A stretch of DNA of 41,435 bases from an uncultured Acidimicrobiaceae bacterium (GTDB lineage Bacteria > Actinomycetota > Acidimicrobiia > Spongiisociales > UBA5794): contig CAZCBO010000003.1 in NCBI GenBank assembly GCA_964496825.1, positions 1 through 41,435 of the forward strand. The letters run 5' to 3'. The position numbers were made by a program, and so were the translations under genes. The notes below the pieces were generated by a model that saw nothing but the letters and a program-made list of their open reading frames with translations, searched no databases and had not been told where the DNA came from. Positions 31,501 to 40,553 of the stretch are shown here, in pieces. Positions within the stretch are counted from its first letter, which is position 1, and every line of letters starts with the position of its first letter.

Positions 31501-31893
31501 TTTTCCGAGAACGATCGGATCGACCGGAGTCGGGCTGAGCCGTTGCATCGCCGCTCGCACCGATGCCACGACCACCACCGGTTCCATCGAAGCGAGGGCG
31601 TGTCGCGCCACGACCCGATCCGCCATCGTGGCGACGCTCGGAGAGACGTGCTCGAAGGGGAGGGTCTCCCATGCCGGAAGGTGGAGCGCCGGCCCGAACA
31701 GGGTGGCGTCCTCGGCGAGGTCCTCGGCCTCGCGTTCACCGGGAACCACCGCGAGCACCGGTCGTTCGAGGCGCCTGGCGCTGCCGGCGAGCACCACCGC
31801 CCGCAGCGGCGGAGGGACGACCAGCCGTCCTTCGAAGGCCGGGACGAGGTCGCGGCCGAAGCGATCGAGAACGGAGCTGAGGGGAGCCGCCAC
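28549..31893 (-). CDS. mfd: Transcription-repair coupling factor
   Basis: UvrB-like EFAVRGGIIDVFP, RID HGIGRF, GDVGFGKTE, DEEQRFG, QLRGRVGR and DLEIRGAG. The start is taken as the GTG at 31893, 7 nt after TACCCT; the listed 1551-aa ORF over-extends. Confidence 0.95.
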   Translation of the reverse strand: MAAPLSSVLDRFGRDLVPAFEGRLVVPPPLRAVVLAGSARRLERPVLAVVPGEREAEDLAEDATLFGPALHLPAWETLPFEHVSPSVATMADRVVARHALASMEPVVVVASVRAAMQRLSPTPVDPIVLGKGEQTAGFDAVVDRLVALGYERTGRVERHGEFAVRGGIIDVFPVQAVHPVRLDFYGDEVEEIRPFSVGTQRSDGTQHEVAVYPAGELLIDDAVMQRAGELAGSEPWAASTWDRIAEGISFPGIESWLPWLAPAQTLLETAGVPTVMFDPARASDRARELMAEEQDLATALAGTWGPDAPAAGDHPPLYLPLETPRVLEAPPLAAGPTDEGYEVGPFGATPGEPESIAGEISRWSSRGVDIVVAMDGAPAAERVARVLAESGAGLPVADTLERVTPTVLPTGIHQGFVFPAIGTGVVGEREIAGRQRSHRTVRAGRGDRGEEAYRDLTPGDFVVHHHHGIGRFQGLVHREMAGASREYLLIDYAAGDRLYVPTDQLAAVRRYTGGESPRLSRMGGTDWSQTRSKVRKAVAVVAEDVVALHRERAAAVGHRFEPDTPWQQEFEASFPYEETVDQLAAIEDVKADMESPMPMDRLICGDVGFGKTEVALRAIFKAVQEGRQAALLVPTTLLAQQHFATMEDRLGPYPIRVEMLSRFLTSGEQAKVVRGIADGTVDVVVGTHRLLSDDVSFKNLGLLVVDEEQRFGVGAKDKLKAIRASVDALTLTATPIPRTLEMALTGIRDVSQIRTAPEDRHPILTYVGPHDTQAVSAAIRREMLREGQVFYVHNRVQSIDHAVVRLRDLVPDARIAVAHGQMSEGQLEQVMFDFWNREYDVLVATTIIESGLDLPQVNTLIVERADRLGLAQLYQLRGRVGRSSQRAYAYLFHPPEERIPETAHRRLEAIGEFSELGSGFELAMRDLEIRGAGSILSETQSGHIAAVGFDLYTELVADAVNDLKGTPVEAEPEIDIRIDLPIDARLSDDYVHDADGRLEGYRRLAAAISPEAVDDVVAEWLDRYGPLPPEAEALIDVARLRVAAADAGVEEVVMVRDEVRLAPVELKASQEVRLERLASGWVIREATLFIPAPRGEGNIAATLRAFVESLWKIE

Positions 31894-31925
31894 GCGCCGG
31901 AGGGTAACGGCGCCGGTGTTTGCGA

Positions 31926-32477
31926 TCAGGTCTCGCGTTGTGGCGAGAGTACGGCCCGGAACTTGGCGAAGTAGTCCCCGGCCGACACCAGCGTGACGAT
32001 CACCGCCACCGCCATCAGCCATTGGTCGAGACGCCACGGCCCGAGCACGATGTCCGGCTTGAAGATCGCCACCGCGACCGCGGTGAACTGGATCGCCGCC
32101 TTCGACTTTCCGAAGGCACTCGGCGGCACCGTCGACTGATCGAGCGCGGCGACGCTGCGCAGGGCCATGACCGCGATCTCCCTGGCGATGATGAGAAAAG
32201 CCGCCCACGTCGACGTTGTCCCGATCTCGACCAGGGCGATCAGTGCCCCGGTGACCAGCACCTTGTCGGCCAGCAGGTCGAGGAAACCGCCCATCACCGT
32301 CGTGATCTGCCAGCGCCTGGCCAGATACCCATCGGCGTAGTCGGTGAGCGCCGCGACGACGAACAGGACGAAGGCGGTGATCCTCATCGCGTCGCTGTCC
32401 GGCGAGCGCAGGATGAGCACCATCGCCACCGGCGTCAACAGCACACGTGCTACCGCCAGCAGATTCGGGATGGACAT
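31926..32477 (-). CDS. pgsA: CDP-diacylglycerol--glycerol-3-phosphate 3-phosphatidyltransferase
   Basis: IPNLL..RV, CDP-alcohol motif TDYADGYLAR...GGFLDLLADKVL, and GKSKAAIQ. Confidence 0.88.
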   Translation of the reverse strand: MSIPNLLAVARVLLTPVAMVLILRSPDSDAMRITAFVLFVVAALTDYADGYLARRWQITTVMGGFLDLLADKVLVTGALIALVEIGTTSTWAAFLIIAREIAVMALRSVAALDQSTVPPSAFGKSKAAIQFTAVAVAIFKPDIVLGPWRLDQWLMAVAVIVTLVSAGDYFAKFRAVLSPQRET

Positions 32478-32486
32478 GCCGCGATG

Positions 32487-33977
32487 CTACGTGACGGCGG
32501 GCCCGGCCCCGCTGACCCACCCGGTGCTCTTCGACACCGCCTTGAGCCACTCGGCATAGAGGGTCTCTCGTTCGACCTCGGTCATCGACGGGTGGAACGT
32601 CCGGTCGACGGCCCAGTGGGAGCGCAGCTCGTCGAGGTCCTCCCAGAAGCCGACGGCGAGCCCGGCGGCATATGCCGCACCCAGCACCGTCGCCTCGTTC
32701 ACCCTGGGTCGCACCACCGGCACATCCAGAATGTCCGCCTGGAACTGCATCAGCAGATCGTTGACCACCATCCCCCCGTCGACCTTGAGCGCGGCAAGGG
32801 ATGATCCGGCATCGGTCTCCATCGCCCCCAGGACATCCCTGGTCTGATAGGCGGTGGCTTCGAGCGTGGCCCGGGCCAGATGGCCGGCGGTGGCGAACCG
32901 GGTGAGCCCGGCGATCACCCCCCTGGCGTCGTCGCGCCACCAGGGGGCGTAGAGACCCGAGAACGCGGGCACGAAGTAGACGCCGCCGTTGTCGTCGACG
33001 CCTGCGGCCATTGCCTCGACCTCGGAAGCCGACTCGATCAGCCCGAGGCCGTCGCGCAGCCACTGGACCGCGGCGCCTGCGATGGCAACAGAGCCTTCGA
33101 GCGCGTAGACCGCCCGAGAGCCTTCGATCTGATAGGCGACGGTGGTCAGCATGCCGTTGGAAGAAGCCACCGCGGCCCCACCGGTGTTGAGGAGGAGGAA
33201 GCACCCGGTTCCGTAGGTGTTCTTGGCCTCGCCGGGTGCGAAGCAGGCCTGGCCGAACAGCGCCGCCTGCTGGTCGCCCAGGATGCCAGCCAGCGGCGCT
33301 CCTTCGAGCGAGGACGGGGCAATGACGCCCGAGGAAGGAACGATTCGGGGCAGCATCGCGGCGGGAACGCCGAAGGCGTCGAGCAACTCGGCGGACCAGT
33401 CGAGGGTCTCGAGATCCATCAACATCGTGCGGCCGGCATTGGTGACGTCGGTGACGTGCTCACCCGTCAGATTCCACGCCACCCACGAGTCCATCGTCCC
33501 GAAGGCGACCTCGCCCGCCTCGGCCGCTCGACGCAGCTCGGGGTCGTTGTCGAGGAGCCAGCGGATCTTCGGCCCGGAGAAGTACGTGGCCAGCGGCAGG
33601 CCGGTGCGCGCTCGAAAGCGGTCGGCGCCGGCGTCGCCGGCCAGCGCCCGGCAGAGCTCGGCGGTCCTGGTGTCCTGCCAGACGACGGCGTTGCCGACGG
33701 GCTCACCGGTCTCTCGGGACCACAGCACGGTCGTCTCTCGCTGATTGGTGATGCCGACGGCCACGAGCTCGTCGCCTGCGCCGCCCACCGCCTGTGCCAC
33801 CACGGTGGAAACGTTGTCGCGGATCTCGGCGGCGTCGTGCTCCACCCAGCCCGGTGCGGGATAGATCTGGGCGTGCTCGATCTGATGCATGGCGACGACC
33901 GCGCCTTCGTGATCGACGAGGGCGCATCGCGAGCTCGTCGTTCCCTGGTCGATGGCGGCGACCAGCCCCGGCATCAT
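32487..33977 (-). CDS. glpK: Glycerol kinase
   Basis: Motifs [43 protein letters not shown] and VDGGMV. Confidence 0.96.
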   Translation of the reverse strand: MMPGLVAAIDQGTTSSRCALVDHEGAVVAMHQIEHAQIYPAPGWVEHDAAEIRDNVSTVVAQAVGGAGDELVAVGITNQRETTVLWSRETGEPVGNAVVWQDTRTAELCRALAGDAGADRFRARTGLPLATYFSGPKIRWLLDNDPELRRAAEAGEVAFGTMDSWVAWNLTGEHVTDVTNAGRTMLMDLETLDWSAELLDAFGVPAAMLPRIVPSSGVIAPSSLEGAPLAGILGDQQAALFGQACFAPGEAKNTYGTGCFLLLNTGGAAVASSNGMLTTVAYQIEGSRAVYALEGSVAIAGAAVQWLRDGLGLIESASEVEAMAAGVDDNGGVYFVPAFSGLYAPWWRDDARGVIAGLTRFATAGHLARATLEATAYQTRDVLGAMETDAGSSLAALKVDGGMVVNDLLMQFQADILDVPVVRPRVNEATVLGAAYAAGLAVGFWEDLDELRSHWAVDRTFHPSMTEVERETLYAEWLKAVSKSTGWVSGAGPAVT

Positions 33978-34558
33978 CCGCCCTCCTGGTTGAGCTCCCC
34001 GGCGCGTTGTCGCGCCGCTTCTCCGCCCTCGGTGGCGAACACCTCGGCGACCTGGGCGGCACGGATCAGGACGTCGTCCATGGCGTCCCGCTCGACCTTA
34101 CTGAACCGCTTCAGCACGTAGTCGGCGGGATCGAGGTGGGCGGGAGGCCTGCCGACCCCGATCTTGAGCCGCCAGAAATCCTCCGAGCCGAGGGAGCGCA
34201 CCACCGAGCGCACGCCGTTGTGGCCACCCCCTCCACCGCCGAACTGGACCCGCATCTTGCCGAACGGCAGGTCGATGTCGTCGTGGATCACGAGCAGATC
34301 GTCGCCATCGACTCCGTAGTAGCGGACGAGCGAGCCGACCGCATCACCCGACTGGTTCATGAAGGTCCTGGGCAGGGCGAGGATCACCTCACGGTCGCCG
34401 ATCCGGACCGGGGCAACCGATGCACGCCCCCAGCGCCTGGCCCGCTTGAAGCGGGTGTCCGGCGCAATCGCCGCCACCACCTCGGCACCGAGATTGTGGC
34501 GCGTGCCGTCGTATTCGGAGCCGGGGTTCTGCAGACCGACGATCAGGCCGGAGGCCAC
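33974..34558 (-). CDS. pth: Peptidyl-tRNA hydrolase
   Basis: Motifs [37 protein letters not shown] and RLKIGVGRP. Confidence 0.96.
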   Translation of the reverse strand: MASGLIVGLQNPGSEYDGTRHNLGAEVVAAIAPDTRFKRARRWGRASVAPVRIGDREVILALPRTFMNQSGDAVGSLVRYYGVDGDDLLVIHDDIDLPFGKMRVQFGGGGGGHNGVRSVVRSLGSEDFWRLKIGVGRPPAHLDPADYVLKRFSKVERDAMDDVLIRAAQVAEVFATEGGEAARQRAGELNQEGG

Positions 34559-34566
34559 GTCGCCGA

Positions 34567-35259
34567 TCAGCCCTCTTCTGCGGACTCGCCGGCGGCCTCG
34601 GCGGGTTCGGCCTCGGCTGCCTCTTCGGGCTCCTCGGCTTCGCCCTCGACCAGCTCTTCGCCCTCGACCAGCTCGAGCTCGGGCTCGGGCTCTTCCTCAG
34701 CGGCGGGCAGGAGCACCGTCACCAGCGGCCGGTCGATGTCGGTGACATAGGTGACGCCCTCGATGGCCGGCAGGTCCTCGACCCGAAGCGTGTCGCCGAT
34801 CCCGAGTTCGGTGATGTCGACCTCGATCGACGACGGGATCGCCGTGGGCAGGGCGCGCAGCAGCACCGAGGTCTCGATCGACTCGACGAAGCCCCCCTCC
34901 TCGCGTACACCGGCCGGGGTGCCGACGTAATCCAGGGCGACCTCGGCCTCGATCGCGACGTCGAGCGACACCTGGATCAGGTCGAGGTGCGTGATATCGC
35001 CCCTCACCGGGTCCCGCTGGATCTCACGGGCGACGGTGAGCACCTCCCCATCTCCCTCCGTCACCAGGCTGATGATCGCGTTGAGGCCCGCCTCGGTGTG
35101 CAGCGTTGTGTACAGCTCGCGCCGGTCGACGCTGACCGGCATCGGCTCGAGCGCGCCGCCGTACACGACGGCGGGGACGCGCCCCTTCCTGCGCATGCGG
35201 CGCGCCGGCCTGCTCCCGGTTTCCTCGCGCTTCTCTGCGCGCAGCGTCACCTGTTCCAT
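34567..35259 (-). CDS. rplY: 50S ribosomal protein L25 / Ctc with acidic tail
   Basis: ARRMRRKGRVPAVVYG, EIQRDPV..ITHLD and a Glu-rich C-terminus; AGGAG SD before the ATG at 35259. Confidence 0.95.
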   Translation of the reverse strand: MEQVTLRAEKREETGSRPARRMRRKGRVPAVVYGGALEPMPVSVDRRELYTTLHTEAGLNAIISLVTEGDGEVLTVAREIQRDPVRGDITHLDLIQVSLDVAIEAEVALDYVGTPAGVREEGGFVESIETSVLLRALPTAIPSSIEVDITELGIGDTLRVEDLPAIEGVTYVTDIDRPLVTVLLPAAEEEPEPELELVEGEELVEGEAEEPEEAAEAEPAEAAGESAEEG

Positions 35260-35318
35260 GGCTGGGCTCCTCGACGGATGTGAAGCGGGGCAAGTGTAGG
35301 CGCCGGGCGCGGCAACCC

Positions 35319-35726
35319 TCAGCCGGGGACGAAGTCGAGCCGGATCCTCCTGTTCGGGTTGTCGGCGTTCGGATCGACGAGCACGACCGATTGCCACGTG
35401 CCCAGGGCCATCCGGCCGTCCTCCACGGGGATCGTGATCGAGGGCGCCACGAAGGCGGGCAGCACATGATCGGCACCGTGGCCCTCGGAGCCGTGGCGAT
35501 GGCGGTAGCGGTCGTTCGTCCTGGGGAGGATGGTGTCGATGGCGTCCATGAGGTCGGCGTCGCTACCCGCCCCGGTCTCGATGATGGCGATCCCAGCGGT
35601 GGCATGCGGAGCGAACACCGACACGAGGCCGTCGCCCTTGCCGGCCACGAAGGCAGCGACGTCGCCGGTGAGATCGAACGTGCCGCGGTTCCTGCCGGTG
35701 TTCAGCGTGATGGTGTGCGTGTCCAT
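35319..35726 (-). CDS. yjbQ: YjbQ / UPF0047 family protein
   Basis: Motifs FAPHATAG, YRHRHGS.GHGADH and LGTWQSV. Confidence 0.9.
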   Translation of the reverse strand: MDTHTITLNTGRNRGTFDLTGDVAAFVAGKGDGLVSVFAPHATAGIAIIETGAGSDADLMDAIDTILPRTNDRYRHRHGSEGHGADHVLPAFVAPSITIPVEDGRMALGTWQSVVLVDPNADNPNRRIRLDFVPG

Positions 35727-35811
35727 GGGCCGACCCTAGGCCGCAGCTCCCGAGGATTGCCAGGCCGATGGGCCCTAGGCGCCCGCCGCCGCCGTCCATA
35801 CGATGGCGGCG

Positions 35812-35850
35812 ATGTACAGACGCACGACGCGTTGGCAGGCCGCGAGGTGA
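35812..35850 (+). CDS. Putative leaderless 12-aa upstream ORF (MYRRTTRWQAAR)
   Basis: TACGAT (35799-35804), 7 nt, then ATG. Its TGA overlaps the next GTG start (GTGA). Confidence 0.35.
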   Translation: MYRRTTRWQAAR

Positions 35851-36320
35851 GCGTGCCCGGTGCAGCCACCCGGCTCGGCCGGATCGGATCGCACCCGGTA
35901 TCGGTCTGGCTGGTGAAGCACGTCGTGAGCCCGGTCGACCGGTTCCTCGTGCGCGCATCGGGAGGACGTCTGGCCCCGATCAGCAGCCTGGCCGTGCCGA
36001 CGCTGCTCCTGACCACCGCGGGTCGCCGGTCCGGTGCGGCGCGGACCGTTCCGCTCATCTACGTCCGCGACGACGAGCGATACGTCGTTGCCAACGCCCG
36101 TCCTCCAGGCGAGCGGCGGAACCCCTGGGTGCTCAACCTGCGTTCCGCCGGGTGGGCTCGGATCAGGGTCGACGGACGAACCATGGACGTGGCGGCTACC
36201 GAGCTCGACGCGGCGGCGGCGGAGCGCTGGTGGCCGCAGCTCGTCGCCGCCTGGCCCGCCTTCGGCGAACACTACGCCGCCACCGGCGAGCGCACCGTGT
36301 TCAGCCTCGATCCGACTTGA
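35847..36320 (+). CDS. F420H2-dependent nitroreductase / quinone reductase (Ddn-like split beta-barrel)
   Basis: Motifs LLLTTAGRRSG..RTVPL.Y, NPWVLNLR and WPAF..Y...ERT. The exact start is uncertain. Confidence 0.8.
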   Translation: MSVPGAATRLGRIGSHPVSVWLVKHVVSPVDRFLVRASGGRLAPISSLAVPTLLLTTAGRRSGAARTVPLIYVRDDERYVVANARPPGERRNPWVLNLRSAGWARIRVDGRTMDVAATELDAAAAERWWPQLVAAWPAFGEHYAATGERTVFSLDPT

Positions 36321-36341
36321 TAGGAACGGGCGTCGGCTCGA

Positions 36342-37313
36342 CTAGATGTTCTCGCCCTGGAAGATCTCGCTCACCGAGGCGTCGACGAAGATCGCGTTCA
36401 TCGCGCCGGCGAGGATGGGGCCGATCGACAGCACGGTGAGCATGTCGAGGTGCTGGGCATCGTCTGGAACCGGCAGCGAGTTGGTGATCACCAGCTCGTC
36501 GATCGGTGCGTTCTTGATCCGGTCGACCGCCGGCGGCGAGAGGACGCCGTGGGTGGCGACGACGCGCACCGAGAGCGCCCCCCGCTCCTTGAGGAGATCG
36601 GCGGCGCCGACCACGGTCGTGGCGGTGTCGATCATGTCGTCGACGATGATGGCGTGGCGGTCGGCCACCTCGCCGACCACCCACAGGGTCTCGGCCTCGT
36701 TCCGGACGTCGGTGGGCCGGCGCTTGTGGACGAAGGCGACGCCTGCGTCGAGATGGCGCCCGTAGCGGGCGGCCAGCTTCACCCGACCGGCGTCCGGCGA
36801 GACGATCGTCGTCGGGCCTTCCAGGGTGTCGCTGATGTAGTCGGCGAACAGCTTCATCGCGGTGAGGTGATCGAAGGGGGCGTCGATGAAGCCCTGGATC
36901 TGGCCGGTGTGGAGATCAACCGACACGATGCGATCGGCACCGGCCTGGAGGAAGAGATCACCCATCAGCCGGGCCGAGATCGGCTCGCGGGGACGTCCCT
37001 TCTTGTCCTGCCTGGCGTAGCCGTAGAAGGGGATCACGGCGGTGATCCGCTTCGCAGAGGCCCGCATCAACGCATCGATCATGATCAACTGCTCCATGAT
37101 GTGGAAGTTGATCGGATCGGTGTGGCTCTGGATCACGAAGCAGTCGGCGCCCCGGACGCTCTCGGTGTAGTGGATGTAGATCTCGCCGTTGGCGAACACC
37201 GATCGCTCCACGCCGCCGAGGCGGACCCCGAGGATGTCGGCGACTTCCCTGGCGAGGGGCTCGTTGCCCGAGCCCGAGAACACCATCATCTTCTTTCGGC
37301 CCGCCAGCTCCAT
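36342..37313 (-). CDS. prs: Ribose-phosphate pyrophosphokinase
   Basis: Motifs FANGE, YGYARQDKK, DLHTGQIQGF, VSPDAG and VDDMIDTA. Confidence 0.97.
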   Translation of the reverse strand: MELAGRKKMMVFSGSGNEPLAREVADILGVRLGGVERSVFANGEIYIHYTESVRGADCFVIQSHTDPINFHIMEQLIMIDALMRASAKRITAVIPFYGYARQDKKGRPREPISARLMGDLFLQAGADRIVSVDLHTGQIQGFIDAPFDHLTAMKLFADYISDTLEGPTTIVSPDAGRVKLAARYGRHLDAGVAFVHKRRPTDVRNEAETLWVVGEVADRHAIIVDDMIDTATTVVGAADLLKERGALSVRVVATHGVLSPPAVDRIKNAPIDELVITNSLPVPDDAQHLDMLTVLSIGPILAGAMNAIFVDASVSEIFQGENI

Positions 37314-38722
37314 CAGCTGTCCTCCATCAGCTGTTCGGCCTCCTCAGCCGCGCGGCGCTTCCGCCGCTCAGCGTAGCCCGGTATCTCCTGCTGGGGCGAG
37401 CGCCCGATCGCCAGCGCTCCGGGGGAAACATCCTCCGTGATCACCGAGCCCGCGCCGGTGTACGCGTCGTCTCCGACCTCGACGGGAGCGACCAGCATCG
37501 TGTCGGATCCGATCCGCACCCGGCTGCCGATCTTGGTCCGATGCTTGTCGAACCCGTCGTAGTTGACGGTCACCGTGCCCGCTCCGAGGTTGGAGTCCTC
37601 ACCGATCTCGGTATCGCCGACATACGCCAGATGGGGCACCTTGGAACCGGCGCCGATCGTGGAGTTCTTGATCCCGACGAACTCGCCGGCCTTGGTGCGC
37701 TCTCCGAGTTCGGTGCCGGGACGAAGATGGGTGAACGGTCCCACCGAGGCATTGCGGCCCACCGAGGCTCGATCGAGCACCGCCCAGCGCACCATGGCGC
37801 CCTCGGCGATCGCCGTGTCGGTGGCGTGCACGTTGGGGCCGACCTCGGCACCGGCGCTCACCGAGGTTGCGCCCTCGAGGTACACGTCCGGATAGATGCG
37901 GGCACCGGCCGCCACGTCGACGCCGGCGTCGATGTAGACCCGTTCCGGATCGAGCATCCAGACGCCGTCCTCCATGAGCCGCCGGTTGATTCGGCTCCTC
38001 AGCTCGCCGGCGGCGACGGCGAGCTCGGCATGCGAGTTGACGCCGAGCGCCTCGGTCTCGTCGGTCGTCACCGCTCCGACTTCGTCACCGGCGTCGGCGA
38101 GGAGCCGGACGACGTCGGTGAGGTAGTACTCCCCCTGCACGTTGTCGTTCCCGAGGTCGGCCAGTGCGCCCTCGAGGGGCTTCCGGTCGAAGGCGTACAC
38201 CGAGGTGTTGATCTCGTTGACGGCCAGCTGATCCGGCGAGGCGTCTCCGTGCTCGACGATGGCGGCCACGGTCCCGCCGTCGCGCAGCACCCTCCCGTAC
38301 CCGGCCGGGTCGCGTACCACCGCGGAGAGGACGGTGGCCGCCGCTGGAGAGGCACCGTGAGCATCGACGACCGATCGCAGGGTGTCGGCGGACAACAGCG
38401 GCATGTCCACCGGTATGACGAGCACGGTCGTGATCGATTCGGAGAAGGCCCCGAGCCCGGTGGCAACGGCGTCACCGGTGCCGATCTGGGGGTCCTGGAC
38501 GACATGGCCGATCCCTGCGGAAAGCTCCCCGATCACCGCTGCAGCACCGTCACCCACGACGACGATGGTCTCCGCGGCGTCGAGCGGTGCCGTGTTCTCC
38601 AGCGTCCAGCCGAGCAGGCTGCGCCCGGCCGCGGTGTGAAGGGCCTTGGGCGTCTCGGATTTCATCCGCGTGCCCTTGCCTGCGGCGAGAACGAGAACGC
38701 CGAGCGTCATCGGATCAGACAT
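37313..38722 (-). CDS. glmU: Bifunctional UDP-GlcNAc pyrophosphorylase / glucosamine-1-P acetyltransferase
   Basis: Motifs LAAGKGTRMKS, GYGRV, GEYYLTD, hexapeptide repeats and VNYDG. The start is the ATG at 38722 or 38710; the listed extension runs through the tRNA. Confidence 0.96.
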   Translation of the reverse strand: MSDPMTLGVLVLAAGKGTRMKSETPKALHTAAGRSLLGWTLENTAPLDAAETIVVVGDGAAAVIGELSAGIGHVVQDPQIGTGDAVATGLGAFSESITTVLVIPVDMPLLSADTLRSVVDAHGASPAAATVLSAVVRDPAGYGRVLRDGGTVAAIVEHGDASPDQLAVNEINTSVYAFDRKPLEGALADLGNDNVQGEYYLTDVVRLLADAGDEVGAVTTDETEALGVNSHAELAVAAGELRSRINRRLMEDGVWMLDPERVYIDAGVDVAAGARIYPDVYLEGATSVSAGAEVGPNVHATDTAIAEGAMVRWAVLDRASVGRNASVGPFTHLRPGTELGERTKAGEFVGIKNSTIGAGSKVPHLAYVGDTEIGEDSNLGAGTVTVNYDGFDKHRTKIGSRVRIGSDTMLVAPVEVGDDAYTGAGSVITEDVSPGALAIGRSPQQEIPGYAERRKRRAAEEAEQLMEDS

Positions 38723-38724
38723 CG

Positions 38725-38796
38725 CTGGGGGGACAGGACTCGAACCCGTACTGGATGGACCAAAACCACCTGTGCTGCCAGTTACACCACCCCCCA
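38725..38796 (-). tRNA. tRNA-Gln (anticodon TTG)
   Basis: Reverse complement TGGGGGGTGGTGTAACTGGCAGCACAGGTGGTTTTGGTCCATCCAGTACGGGTTCGAGTCCTGTCCCCCCAG shows a U1-A72 acceptor stem, anticodon loop TT-TTG-GT and T-loop. CCA is not encoded. A TAACCT -10 lies upstream. Confidence 0.95.
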
Positions 38797-38862
38797 ATCG
38801 GGGATACGAAGGTTAACGGCCTCGCCTCCCTTCATTCTGTGGGCCCGGGTCGGCATATGCGT

Positions 38863-39735
38863 CTACAACTCTGGGTTTGCGTCGTGGATGCGCCACCCGT
38901 GGGTCACCGGGGAAACGGCCCGCGCCGCCCGCGCCGTGGACGGGGCTGCGGCGACGGCGTCCTCGGCCTCGTCGCGGGTAGGGAAGTAGGCGAACAGGCC
39001 GCTGCCGCTGCCGGTCATGGTCACGGGAACTCCCCAGGCCTGTTCGAGCTCGGCGCGCCAGTCGTCGAGCCCGGGTGCGACGACGACCGCCGCCGGATAC
39101 AGGTCGTTGGCGAGCGGTGCCAGGTCGCGGAGGGCAGGCGGGAGGGCATCGGCCCCGAGCGCAGGGCCTTGCGGGCCGTCGAGGCCGTCCCAGGCGGCGT
39201 AGACCGCCGGCGTCTCCAGGGTGAGGTCGGGGACGACGATGGAGAGGGCGAACCCTGAAGCATCCGGCAGCGGGGAGATCAGCTCGCCGACCCCTCCGAC
39301 GACGGCCGTACCGCCGACCAGGGCGAAGGGGACGTCGGCTCCCAGCTCAAAGGCGAGGTGACGCAGATCGGCGAAGGTGACACCGAACCGGCGGGACGCC
39401 AGCATGAGCGCGGCGGCGGCGTCGGCGCTCCCTCCCCCGAGGCCCGCCCCTGCCGGGATCGACTTGTGGACCGCGATGCGCATCGGATCGGTGGACCCTG
39501 CGGTCCGCCGCACGAGGTCTGCCGCCCGCCACGCCAGGTTGGTCTCGTCGCCGGGAGCCTCGGCATCGTCGACGATCAGCTCGTCGTCTTCCGCCGCACC
39601 GAGCGTCACCTCGTCCGTCCAGTCGACCGACTGGAAGATGCCGTGTATCGGGTGATACCCGTCGGCCCGCGCCGGCTCGACCCGCAGGGCGAGGTTCACC
39701 TTGGCGTTGGCGTCGGCGACGGCTACGGCGCTCAC
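38863..39735 (-). CDS. ispE: 4-diphosphocytidyl-2-C-methyl-D-erythritol kinase
   Basis: Motifs AKVNLAL, KSIPAGAGLGGGSADAAA, LGADVPF and MTGSGS. Confidence 0.95.
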   Translation of the reverse strand: MSAVAVADANAKVNLALRVEPARADGYHPIHGIFQSVDWTDEVTLGAAEDDELIVDDAEAPGDETNLAWRAADLVRRTAGSTDPMRIAVHKSIPAGAGLGGGSADAAAALMLASRRFGVTFADLRHLAFELGADVPFALVGGTAVVGGVGELISPLPDASGFALSIVVPDLTLETPAVYAAWDGLDGPQGPALGADALPPALRDLAPLANDLYPAAVVVAPGLDDWRAELEQAWGVPVTMTGSGSGLFAYFPTRDEAEDAVAAAPSTARAARAVSPVTHGWRIHDANPEL

Positions 39736-40553
39736 CGGGCGACCGCCCGAGCGAGGGCAACGAACTCGAGGGGGCTCAGCTCCTCCGGCCGGCTCGTCGG
39801 ATCGATGCCGGCGGCGGCCAGGACGGCCTCGGCATCGTCGACGTCGAGGCTGCGCCTCAGCATCTTTCGGCGCTGCCTGAAGAGCGTCGCCGCCAGATCG
39901 ACGGCGTCGTCGGCCGCCTCCGGCGGATCGACGCGCTGGAGGGTGAGCACGGTGGAGCCGACCCGGGGCCTCGGGTAGAAGACGTCCGGGCCGACGGTGA
40001 ACTCGGGTCGTCCCATGGCGAACAGGGAGACCGTCACGCTCGGGACGCCGTAGGTCTTCGACCCCGGCGGTGCGAGGAGTCGATCGGCCACCTCGGTCTG
40101 CACCATCACGACGAACCGCCCGATCTTCCGTGCGCCCCGAAGCGCATCGAGCAGGATCCCCGTTCCCACGTTGTAGGGAAGGTTGGCGACCAGAACCCAG
40201 CCGGTCCCGTCGAGCGCATCCTCGAGATCGATCTTGGTGACGTCCTCGGTGTGGATCTCGACATTGGGAAGATGCCCGACCTCGGCGGCCAGGACGCCGG
40301 CGAGACCCGGATCGATCTCGTACACCACCACGTCGGCTCCGGTGGCGGCCAGGGCGGCGGTGAGGGTTCCGGTGCCCCCGCCGATCTCGAGGACCTTGGA
40401 GCCGGGGCCGACGTCGGCAAGACCGACGATCTTCCTGATCACGTTGGGATCGGCGAGGAAGTGCTGTCCGAGGGATTTCCTCGGCGTCAAGTCGTGGGTG
40501 GTCAGCAGCTCGCGAATGCGGGACCGCCCCTGCGGGCCGGGTTCACGGTCCAT
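39732..40553 (-). CDS. rsmA: 16S rRNA adenine dimethyltransferase KsgA
   Basis: Motifs KSLGQHFL, VLEIGGGTG, VANLPYN, MVQTEVADRL and QRRKMLR. Confidence 0.95.
   Translation of the reverse strand: MDREPGPQGRSRIRELLTTHDLTPRKSLGQHFLADPNVIRKIVGLADVGPGSKVLEIGGGTGTLTAALAATGADVVVYEIDPGLAGVLAAEVGHLPNVEIHTEDVTKIDLEDALDGTGWVLVANLPYNVGTGILLDALRGARKIGRFVVMVQTEVADRLLAPPGSKTYGVPSVTVSLFAMGRPEFTVGPDVFYPRPRVGSTVLTLQRVDPPEAADDAVDLAATLFRQRRKMLRRSLDVDDAEAVLAAAGIDPTSRPEELSPLEFVALARAVAR

Noticed and set aside
31894-33204. Apparent ~435-aa N-terminal extension of Mfd
   Set aside because: It overlaps pgsA and glpK in other frames and is Arg/Gly-rich noise. A -10 element supports the start at 31893.
34570-34700. Short repeats at the end of rplY
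   Set aside because: They encode the usual acidic Ctc/L25 tail.
35725-35780. Repeated ATGGGC..CCTAGGC motif between yjbQ and the reductase
   Set aside because: Short and imperfect, and partly explained by the yjbQ start and -10 element, so insufficient to call an operator or TSD.
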